From: Candidatus Sulfomarinibacter sp.
GTDB lineage: Bacteria; Acidobacteriota; Thermoanaerobaculia; Thermoanaerobaculales; Sulfomarinibacteraceae
Assembly: GCA_041560205.1 (NCBI GenBank)
Contig: JBFFBV010000003.1
Span: 2,211-66,210, forward strand
DNA: 64,000 nt
Reading direction: 5' to 3'
Positions 6,621 to 13,972 of this stretch are shown here, piece after piece. Each line of letters opens with the position of its first letter. Position 1 is the stretch's first letter. Under the pieces are notes generated by a model, which was not told the origin of the DNA, ran no database searches, and saw nothing but the letters and a program-made list of their open reading frames with translations. The position numbers and the translations under genes were made by a program.

Positions 6621-8604
6621 GGGCGGGCTCGCGGGATTCGGAGGCTGGGACCTGCGGTCGGCGGCTCGTCCGAGCGTGATCTGGCGCTGGTGGCCGGCCG
6701 CCGTCGTCGCGATGGCCTGTGTGGCCTTCTTCCAGGCGACACGGCCCGAGGTGGTCGTGGCGGCGTCGCCCCGAGAGGTCGAGATCATGGCGCGACAGTA
6801 CGCCTACGAGCCGCACCGCATAGTCGTCGACCCCGGCGACGAGGTCCACCTCCGGCTCGCCTCGACCGACGTCGTGCACGGCTTCTACCTCGAGGGGCAC
6901 GACATCGAGGCGGAGATCCGGCCGGGCTCGCTCACCGCCTGGGCCCGGCGCCCCTCCACCGGCGAGGATTTCCGCGAGCTCGAGGAGATCGTGTTCACCG
7001 CCGGCAGGCCCGGCAAGTACCGCTATCGCTGCTCGGTGACCTGCGGGACCCTCCACCCCTTCATGCAGGGCGAGATGATCGTGCGCCCGAACCTGCTCTA
7101 CCGGGCGTCGCTGATCGCGGCCTGCGGCCTGACCCTGGGCATCTTCGGTCTGATGATGACCGGCGCGTTGGGCAACGGCGTCTCCCGGGCTACGGGAAGT
7201 CCACCGTGCCGCCGGATCGACCTGCTGCGAGTGCTTCCCGGGCTGAGGTGGCTGGTGACGCGACGCTGGTTCCAGTTCGCCGTCGTCCTTCCCAACCTGC
7301 TGGTGCTCTTCTTCTTCGTCGTCGCCGGCTTCTTCGGCTCGCCGATCGGCAACCGCAACATCATCGTGACGATCGTCTGGATCCTGTGGTGGTTTCTCCT
7401 CATCACCGTCCTCGTTCCGGCCGGCGGCAGGGTGTGGTGCATGGCCTGCCCGGTCCCCTTCGCCGGCGAGTGGCTGGCGAGGCGCCGCCTGATCGGCGTC
7501 CGGCGCGAGGCCGAGAGATCGCGGTCCCTCCGCACCGGCGGCCTGAACCGCCGCTGGCCCCACCGTCTGTCGCGAATGTGGCTGCAGAACCTGCTCTTCC
7601 TCACCGTGTGCACCGTGTCGACCATCCTGGTCACCCGGCCCGCGCTGACAGCGGCGGTTCTCATGACGATGGTGGTGGCGGCCGTGGCGATGCACGCGCT
7701 CTACAAGAGACGGAGCTTCTGCAGGTACCTCTGTCCGCTCAACGCGTGGCTCAGCGTGTACTCGATGGCCTCGGCGACGGAAATCCGGCCCCGCGACACC
7801 GGTCTGTGTGCCGACTGCAGAGACCACTCCTGTGCCGGCGGGTCGGCCGAGGCCTGGGGCTGCCCGTGGATGGTCAACCCCTCCAAGCTCGACCGCAACA
7901 ACTACTGCGGCCTCTGCATGGAGTGCATCAAGGCCTGCCCCAACGACAACATGAGCCTTCACGCGCGCCCCGTATTCGCCGACGTGTCGATCCGCCGCCT
8001 CGACGAGGCCTTCATGGCCCTGATCATGATCGCTCTCGTGATCGCCTACACCGTCACGCTCCTCGGACCATGGGGCACGCCCCGCGAGTGGTCCAACGTC
8101 ACCGAGGTCGGCAACTGGGGAGGCTTCGCCCTCCACGCGTCGGTCGTGTGGCTGTGCGCCCTGGGGCTCGTCCCCGCGATCTGGTACGGCCTCTCGTGGC
8201 TGGCGCACCGGGTCGCGGGCACGAGCACCGTGTCCGTCCGCGAGATCTTCGTCCGCTCCACCTACCTCCTGGTGCCGGTCGGTCTGCTCGCGTGGATCGC
8301 CTTCAGCCTGCCCCTCATCATGCTCAACTGGACCCACATCGCCTCCTCGCTGTCGGACCCCCTGGGGTGGGGCTGGGACCTCTTCGGAACCGCCCGCCAG
8401 CACTGGAGCCCCCTCTACCCCGAGTGGATCCCCTCGCTCCAGGCCCCGCTGCTGCTGCTCGGTCTCGCAGTGGCCCTGGTGCGCGGTCACCGGGTGGCCC
8501 AGGGCCTCTTCGCCGATCCTTCGGCCGCCATCCGCAGCCTGATTCCGCACGGTCTGGCCTGCGCCGCCATCACCGCCGTCATGCTGCGGCTTTTCGTGGG
8601 ATGA
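6580..8604 (+). CDS. CuA-type (COX2-like) cupredoxin domain fused to NapH/NosH/MauN-like membrane polyferredoxin
   Basis: N-terminal TM WRWWPAAVVAMACVAFF. Cupredoxin with DVVHGFYL ... C-SVT-C-GTL-H-PF-M, which is the CuA ligand spacing. Then multiple TM segments with CMACP and CRYLCP (CX2-3CP) motifs, and two ferredoxin motifs (CADCRDHSC...CPW; CGLCMECIKACP). Start uncertain: TTG 6580 (SD GAGG; 41-nt overlap with the upstream gene), CTG 6652 (after GGAGG) or GTG 6676. Confidence 0.8.
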   Translation: MSSRRQSTPGQLAEGGLAGFGGWDLRSAARPSVIWRWWPAAVVAMACVAFFQATRPEVVVAASPREVEIMARQYAYEPHRIVVDPGDEVHLRLASTDVVHGFYLEGHDIEAEIRPGSLTAWARRPSTGEDFRELEEIVFTAGRPGKYRYRCSVTCGTLHPFMQGEMIVRPNLLYRASLIAACGLTLGIFGLMMTGALGNGVSRATGSPPCRRIDLLRVLPGLRWLVTRRWFQFAVVLPNLLVLFFFVVAGFFGSPIGNRNIIVTIVWILWWFLLITVLVPAGGRVWCMACPVPFAGEWLARRRLIGVRREAERSRSLRTGGLNRRWPHRLSRMWLQNLLFLTVCTVSTILVTRPALTAAVLMTMVVAAVAMHALYKRRSFCRYLCPLNAWLSVYSMASATEIRPRDTGLCADCRDHSCAGGSAEAWGCPWMVNPSKLDRNNYCGLCMECIKACPNDNMSLHARPVFADVSIRRLDEAFMALIMIALVIAYTVTLLGPWGTPREWSNVTEVGNWGGFALHASVVWLCALGLVPAIWYGLSWLAHRVAGTSTVSVREIFVRSTYLLVPVGLLAWIAFSLPLIMLNWTHIASSLSDPLGWGWDLFGTARQHWSPLYPEWIPSLQAPLLLLGLAVALVRGHRVAQGLFADPSAAIRSLIPHGLACAAITAVMLRLFVG

Positions 8605-8611
8605 GGAGGTC

Positions 8612-9559
8612 ATGAACAGCGAACGACTCGCCGCCGCGCTCGTGATCCTGCCGATGGTGGCCATCGTCACGGCCATCGCGTGGTTCGGCTGGCTCTCCGA
8701 GCGGGTTCTCGGCGCGCAAGAGACCGTCGTCTTCGATCTCACGGGGGTGGCCTCGGCCGGCGTCTGGACCCTCGGTCCCGTCAACGGCCTGAACTACTGG
8801 TGGCGTGACTTCCAGCCCGCGACCCTGCAGGTCACCGAGGGCGACGAGGTGGTCATCCACCTGAGGAGCGCCGACGTCTTCCACCGCTTCTACCTGCCGG
8901 CCTTCGAGGTCGGACCGGTGGCGATCGAGCCTGGCCACACCGTGACGGTCCGCTTCACGGCCGACCGTGCGGGCATCTATCAGTACTACTGCACATCGAT
9001 GTGCGGTGGCTGCCACTTCTACATGCGCGGGTGGATCGTCGTCAGCAGGGAGGGCGAAGATCCGGTCCAACCCCCGCCGATCATGTGCACCCTGTGCCGC
9101 CCGGATGACCTGCCACGCCCCACCAGCGAGAGCCTCGTCGACCGGGGCGCCTACCTCTACCTCGAAAAGGGCTGCGTGACCTGCCACGGCCCCGAGGGCC
9201 AGGGCGGAATCGTCAACCACAACTCGGCCAACAGCCCGGTGCCCGCGCACAACACGACCGCCGAAAAGCTCTTCCTCCGATCGCCGGAGGATGCCGAGGC
9301 CTTCATCCGACTGCTGGACGAGCACGACGACCTCGAAGCTCTCGAGGAGCCGCCGGAGATCGGCCTCTTTCCGGTCGTGCGCACCCGCTACGAGAACGCG
9401 AGGGAGATCGTCCGCAAGGGGCGGTACTCTTCGAAGCTCGACCCGGCCGGTCCGGAACCGCCGCTGCAGATGCCGGCATGGCAGCACATCGTGCGGGACC
9501 GGGAGATCGACGCGCTGTTGGTCTACTTCGTATCGCTCTATCCCTGGGAGGAGGGCTGA
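8612..9559 (+). CDS. CuA-type cupredoxin domain fused to class-I cytochrome c
   Basis: ATG 7 nt after the upstream stop. N-terminal TM. ADVFHRFYLP - x - C-TSM-C-GGC-H-FY-M has the spacing H-x35-C-x3-C-G-x2-H-x2-M seen in COX2 CuA sites. C-terminal half has CVTCH and a distal LQMPAW. Confidence 0.8.
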   Translation: MNSERLAAALVILPMVAIVTAIAWFGWLSERVLGAQETVVFDLTGVASAGVWTLGPVNGLNYWWRDFQPATLQVTEGDEVVIHLRSADVFHRFYLPAFEVGPVAIEPGHTVTVRFTADRAGIYQYYCTSMCGGCHFYMRGWIVVSREGEDPVQPPPIMCTLCRPDDLPRPTSESLVDRGAYLYLEKGCVTCHGPEGQGGIVNHNSANSPVPAHNTTAEKLFLRSPEDAEAFIRLLDEHDDLEALEEPPEIGLFPVVRTRYENAREIVRKGRYSSKLDPAGPEPPLQMPAWQHIVRDREIDALLVYFVSLYPWEEG

Positions 9560-9876
9560 TGACGAGAGGCTACAGGATCGTGATCGCCCTGGTGCTTCTC
9601 GAGGCTGTGACCGTGGCCGCCCTCAGCGTCGCCGGAAGCGCCGCGAGCCGCGTGGACGATCAGGCTCGGCAGTCCAACCGCCGCCTGGTCCGCGAGATGC
9701 TGCTCACCGACCTTGCCCTCAGCACCGGCACCAGCTATTGCCGCCACCCGTCGCAGACCGACCTCTTCGCGCCTTACGGCGACCACCCCTCGGCTATCGA
9801 GCACTTCCCGGCGGGATCCATCATGGCACCTCCGGCCGTCTCGACTCCCTCCACCGCAACCGGACCCGGACCATGA
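9559..9876 (+). CDS. Small single-TM protein, unknown function
   Basis: Its ATG overlaps the upstream TGA (cTGATGa). Its stop overlaps the next ATG (ATGA at 9873-9876). N-terminal TM IVIALVLLEAVTVAALSVAG. No recognisable family. Confidence 0.5.
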   Translation: MTRGYRIVIALVLLEAVTVAALSVAGSAASRVDDQARQSNRRLVREMLLTDLALSTGTSYCRHPSQTDLFAPYGDHPSAIEHFPAGSIMAPPAVSTPSTATGPGP

Positions 9877-11039
9877 GACGCCATCTTCGAATCCTCGACT
9901 TCGCCATCGCGAACCTGCGCCGCAGACCGGCGAAGTTTCTGGTCGTCGTTCTCGTCTACTCGATCCTGGTCGCAGCTCTCGCCTCGCTCATGATGTTCGT
10001 CGACGCCGTCCGGCGTGAGGCTCGCTCGCTCCTCGACGGGTCCCCCGAGATCATCGTGCAGAGCCTTCGCGGAGGCCGGCACGAGCTGATCCCGGTCGAG
10101 CGCGCCGATGCGATCCGGGCGATCCGCGGCGTCGGCAGCGTCACACCGCGGGTGTGGGGCTACTCCTACGACCCGCCGACCGGCGCGACCCTCACCTTCT
10201 GGGGCGCCGAATCCGTGCCCGACGAGTCCCTGGCTTTCGAGGATCAGGAGCTGTCGAGCGGTGAGCTCGTCGGCGGGTGCGTCATCGGGTCCGGGCTCGC
10301 CGACCTCCGCTTCCTGGGGGTCGGTGACCGCCTCCCTGTGAAGGGGTACGACGGGTCGCTGTTCGCGCCGAAGGTGGTCGGCATATTCGAAAGCTCTTCG
10401 TCAATTCTCACCAATGATCTCGTCGTCTGGCCGACCGACGACCTCCGCCGCGTCTTCGCTATCGACCCCGCCCTCGCAACCGATCTCGCCGTCGAGATCC
10501 ACAACCGCAACGAGATCGACACGGTCGCGGCGAAGATCCTCGACAGGTGGCCGGACGCGCGCGTCATCACCCGGGATCAGATCTTCGCCACCTACGACGC
10601 GGCCTTCGACTGGCGTGGAGGGCTGTGGGCCGCCTTCATGGCATGTTGCGTGGCCGCCTTCGCGATCCTGGTCTGGGACAAGGGAACGGGGCTCTCCGCC
10701 GAAGAGTACCGGACCATCGGTCTGCTCAGGGCCACCGGCTGGAAATCGCGGGAGGTCATGGAGCTCAGGGTTTTTGAAGGCGGGCTGGTCTCGCTCGTTG
10801 CATTCCTCACGGGGCTCATCATCGCCCAGATCCACCTGATCTGCTTCGACGGCTTCGTCTTCGCCCGTGTCATCAAGGGATGGTCGGTGCTCTTTCCCTC
10901 CTTCGAGATCGTGCCCGTTCTCGACCTCCCGACGCTCCTGATCTGCGGATCGCTGTCCCTCGTGCCCTACATCGCGGCCAACCTGGTGCCGTCCTGGAAG
11001 GCCTCCGTCACCGATCCAGACTCCGTGCTCCGAAGCTGA
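9873..11039 (+). CDS. ABC transporter permease, FtsX/MacB family
   Basis: Last 388 aa of ORF 9291..11039. N-terminus MRRHLRILDFAIANLRRRPAKF, a periplasmic MacB-like domain, and a C-terminal FtsX 3-TM bundle (RTIGLLRATGWKSREV). Confidence 0.85.
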   Translation: MRRHLRILDFAIANLRRRPAKFLVVVLVYSILVAALASLMMFVDAVRREARSLLDGSPEIIVQSLRGGRHELIPVERADAIRAIRGVGSVTPRVWGYSYDPPTGATLTFWGAESVPDESLAFEDQELSSGELVGGCVIGSGLADLRFLGVGDRLPVKGYDGSLFAPKVVGIFESSSSILTNDLVVWPTDDLRRVFAIDPALATDLAVEIHNRNEIDTVAAKILDRWPDARVITRDQIFATYDAAFDWRGGLWAAFMACCVAAFAILVWDKGTGLSAEEYRTIGLLRATGWKSREVMELRVFEGGLVSLVAFLTGLIIAQIHLICFDGFVFARVIKGWSVLFPSFEIVPVLDLPTLLICGSLSLVPYIAANLVPSWKASVTDPDSVLRS

Positions 11040-11051
11040 AGAGATCGATCG

Positions 11052-11486
11052 ATGCGCGCAGCTTCAATCCTCGCGACCGCAATTTTGATCATGGTTGCCT
11101 GCTCGCCCACCGCGCCGATGCACCAGCTGGTGGCGTCCGACGGCGACGCCGTTCGGATCTCCCTCCAGGAGGTGTCGGACGGCTCGGTCCACTTCTTCAC
11201 CTTCATCCACCGGGGGACGCGAGTGAACTTCCTCGTCCGGACGGACGGAGACGGCGCCCAGCACGCCCACCTGGACGCCTGCTATGCGTGCTATCGCTAC
11301 AAACAGGGATTCGTGGTCGAGGACGAAGCGTTGGTGTGTATCGCCTGCCGGCTCGAATACCGGCTCGAGGACGAGATCTGGGACTACATCGGCGCCTGCG
11401 CCCCGATCGAGATTCACGCGTCGTTGGAAGGCGGTGCGCTGGTCATCGACGAGGCGGTCCTCGAGCGCGCCGCCCGCTACTTCTGA
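11052..11486 (+). CDS. Cys-rich lipoprotein, DUF2318 (FtrD/FetA-like Fe-S/metal-binding) candidate
   Basis: Lipobox ILIMVAC. VHFFTF...NFLVRTDGDG...LDACYACYRYKQGF...LVCIACRL has two CxxC pairs in the arrangement I associate with DUF2318 proteins found next to FtsX/ABC genes. Confidence 0.6.
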   Translation: MRAASILATAILIMVACSPTAPMHQLVASDGDAVRISLQEVSDGSVHFFTFIHRGTRVNFLVRTDGDGAQHAHLDACYACYRYKQGFVVEDEALVCIACRLEYRLEDEIWDYIGACAPIEIHASLEGGALVIDEAVLERAARYF

Positions 11487-11519
11487 GGGACGCTCCCGAT
11501 CACTTTTCGGAGAGGGTTC

Positions 11520-12770
11520 CTAGATGACCGTCCCGTCCGGGATGACCGCGTTCTTGGCCACGACCACGATGCCGTCGCGGATCGCCCAGCCGTCGCCCTC
11601 GGCCTCCTCGATCCCGGCTTCGTTGCAGATGCGGACCTTGCGGCCGATGCGGGCGTTCTTGTCGATGATGGCGTTGCTGATCTCACAGCCCTCGCCGATG
11701 CCGGGCTCCGGCTCTCCTGGCTCCGGGGCCGGGTAGTGCGAGTCGATGCCCATGATCAGGGCGTTGCGGACCGTTGACTTCCGGATCACGCCGCGCAGGC
11801 CGACGACCGCGTTTTCGATCTCGGAGTCCTCGACCCTGGATCCGTCGGAGAGCAGCGCGCGGTCGAAGCGGCACCGGTGGAGCCTGGCTCCGGGGAGGTA
11901 GCGCGGACGAGTGTAGATCGGCCACGCCTGGTCGTGGAAGGAGAATTGCGGATCCTCTTCCACGAGGTCCATGTGGGCCTGGAAGAAGGCGCCGATGGTC
12001 CCGATGTCGCGCCAGTAGCCCTTGAAGAAGTGGGCCTGGACGCGGCGCTTGGAAACCTCGGCCGGGATGATGTCGCCGCCGAAGTCGACGAGCGCATTGT
12101 CCAGCGCCTCCACGAGCGCCTGCTTGCGGAAGATGTAGATCCCCATCGACGCGAGGTAGGGCAGATCGGAGGACACACCCTTGGCCTCGAGGAGGCTCGG
12201 CGCGACCTCCATCCCCGCTCTCTCTGCGGCGGTCGAGGGCTTCTCCCGGAACTCGACGATGCGCCCGCTCTCGTCGACCATCACCGCCCCGAAGCCGGCG
12301 ATCTCCTGGCTCGAGCACGGCTTGACGGCGATCGTGATGTCGGCTTCATGGTCGACGTGGTCCTGCAGGAGCTGGCGGTAGTCCATGCGGTACATGTGGT
12401 CGCCGGCGAGGATCAACACGTGCTCGCCCGGAAGCTGCGTGAAGATGTGGAGGTTCTGCCTGACGGCATCGGCGGTTCCCTGGAACCAGGTCTGGACCGT
12501 CGGCGTCTGCTGCGCGGCGAGGATCTGCACGTAACCGCGGGAGAAGGCGTCGAATCGATAGGTGCGTCCGATGTGGCGGTGGAGCGACACCGAGTTGAAC
12601 TGGGTGAGGACGTACATCCGCTCCATGCCCGAGTTGATCGCATTCGAGATCGGGATGTCGATCAGCCGGTACTTCCCCGCCACCGGCACGGCCGGCTTGC
12701 TCCGGCGGAGGGTCAGAGGCGCAAGTCGCGTGCCGCGGCCGCCGCCGAGGATCAAGACTGTGACGTCCAA
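11520..12770 (-). CDS. glgC: Glucose-1-phosphate adenylyltransferase
   Basis: Full-length ORF. N-terminus LILGGGRGTRLAPLTLRRSKPAVPVAGKYRLIDIPISN, and a left-handed beta-helix C-terminus (IGEGCEISNAIIDKNARIG). Confidence 0.92.
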   Translation of the reverse strand: MDVTVLILGGGRGTRLAPLTLRRSKPAVPVAGKYRLIDIPISNAINSGMERMYVLTQFNSVSLHRHIGRTYRFDAFSRGYVQILAAQQTPTVQTWFQGTADAVRQNLHIFTQLPGEHVLILAGDHMYRMDYRQLLQDHVDHEADITIAVKPCSSQEIAGFGAVMVDESGRIVEFREKPSTAAERAGMEVAPSLLEAKGVSSDLPYLASMGIYIFRKQALVEALDNALVDFGGDIIPAEVSKRRVQAHFFKGYWRDIGTIGAFFQAHMDLVEEDPQFSFHDQAWPIYTRPRYLPGARLHRCRFDRALLSDGSRVEDSEIENAVVGLRGVIRKSTVRNALIMGIDSHYPAPEPGEPEPGIGEGCEISNAIIDKNARIGRKVRICNEAGIEEAEGDGWAIRDGIVVVAKNAVIPDGTVI

Positions 12771-12853
12771 AGGCCTTCCTCCCGCGAGATTCCGGAGTCA
12801 GTGTAGCGGGTCCGGCTTCAGCTGCAAAGCTGAGATTCACGCGGTGGAATCGG

Positions 12854-13972
12854 CTACCGACCGCCGCGAAGGGCCGCCGCCGCCAGCGGCAGCAAGCCGC
12901 CCGATCCGAGGATTCGTGGACCGTCGGCGCGCATCTTGAGGGCCAGGAAGCGGGACATCAGGGAAGGATCCGCGGCGAGTGAACGCATCACCCGGCGCCG
13001 CAGCCGTGGCCGACCCTCGACGAGCAGAAGAAGGCGCGTGATCGCATTGGGATAGCGGCCGATACGGCGGTGGGCGGCAGCGTAGCGGCGCAGGTCGCCC
13101 GCAACGATCGACTCGACGAGAGCTCGAGCATGGTGAAACGAGAGGGCGAGCCCCTCGCCGGTAATGGCGTCGACGTATCCCGATGCATCGCCGACGAGTG
13201 CGAGCTTGCCGCGCACGACGGCGGAGCAGCGCTGTTCGAGGGGTCCCGCACCACGGTCTTTCGAGGCGACCGGTGCATCGGCGAGCCGCGTCTCGAGCTG
13301 CGGGAATCGTGCGAGCAGGTCGTCAAAGGACGCGGTGTCTCCGGACCACAGCAGCGCGACTCCGACGAGGTGATCCCCCACCGGGGTGACGTAGGCCTCG
13401 CAGCCGTCGGCCCAGGAGACCTCGACCCGATCGCACCACGGCTCGATTCCGAAATGTCGGCGGACGCCGAACCTCCGGCGTCGCGCCGGACGGCCGGCGA
13501 GACCCGACCACTCCCGGACCCGCGAGCCTCGGCCGTCGGCGCCGACCAGCCACCGCCCACCGAAGGGATCGTGATCAGTTTCGAATCCATCTTCCGTCAA
13601 CCCACCGACCCGCACTCCCCACCGCAGATCGACTCCGAGATCGTGGGCTCGCTGAATGAGAGCGCCGTGAAGAACGGTCCGGCGGATCCCGACACCCGGC
13701 TTCCCCGGGAACTCTCCCTCGGCCTCGAGCGCGCCGTCGATGTAGCGGATGCCGCGGAAAGGACGTGACTCCACGCTCCGCAAATCCACCCCGAGACCCT
13801 CCAGGTTCTCGACGCCGTCCGGCATGAGGCCCTCGCCACAGGCCTTGTCGATTGGTCCCCTTCCCGAGCGTTCCAGCACCACCACATCGAGCCCTTCGAG
13901 GCGCGCCGCGATCGCGGTGGCGAGCCCCGCGGGCCCTGCGCCCGCGACGACGAGATCTGCCTGTTCAGCCAT
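12854..13972 (-). CDS. FAD-dependent oxidoreductase/monooxygenase (geranylgeranyl-reductase-like; SrsC/FtpE-like position)
   Basis: ATG at 13972 (MAEQADLVVAGAGPAGLATAIAARLEGLDVVVLERS, dinucleotide-binding GxGxxG). Overlaps the upstream FAAL stop by 8 nt. Confidence 0.85.
   Translation of the reverse strand: MAEQADLVVAGAGPAGLATAIAARLEGLDVVVLERSGRGPIDKACGEGLMPDGVENLEGLGVDLRSVESRPFRGIRYIDGALEAEGEFPGKPGVGIRRTVLHGALIQRAHDLGVDLRWGVRVGGLTEDGFETDHDPFGGRWLVGADGRGSRVREWSGLAGRPARRRRFGVRRHFGIEPWCDRVEVSWADGCEAYVTPVGDHLVGVALLWSGDTASFDDLLARFPQLETRLADAPVASKDRGAGPLEQRCSAVVRGKLALVGDASGYVDAITGEGLALSFHHARALVESIVAGDLRRYAAAHRRIGRYPNAITRLLLLVEGRPRLRRRVMRSLAADPSLMSRFLALKMRADGPRILGSGGLLPLAAAALRGGR

Noticed and set aside
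6586-8784. 732-aa minus-strand ORF and 641-aa plus-strand ORF (6690..8615) overlapping the cupredoxin-polyferredoxin gene.
   Set aside because: They have no motifs and a Pro/Arg/Gly-rich composition. The 6580..8604 frame carries the CuA ligands, CX3CP motifs and two ferredoxin motifs.
6580-9559. Calling the two CuA-ligand proteins subunit II of an aa3/caa3 oxidase.
   Set aside because: No subunit I or III genes are adjacent. One protein is fused to a polyferredoxin, and both sit inside the metal-handling operon. I kept them as 'CuA-type cupredoxin domain' only.
2108-11486. Interpreting the operon as a nitrous-oxide reductase (nos) cluster because of NosL, an ABC ATPase and a NosH-like polyferredoxin.
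   Set aside because: There is no NosZ (no seven-bladed propeller/CuZ protein), no NosD and no NosR in the window. The ATPase is the FtsX-partner type rather than NosF/ABC-2 type, and the cluster instead contains a heme-porin and three cupredoxins.
12818-12833. Hairpin TCAGCT-GCAA-AGCTGA downstream of the PKS-cluster oxidoreductase, as a terminator.
   Set aside because: The stem is only 6 bp, and no U-run follows on the relevant (minus) strand. That is too weak to call.
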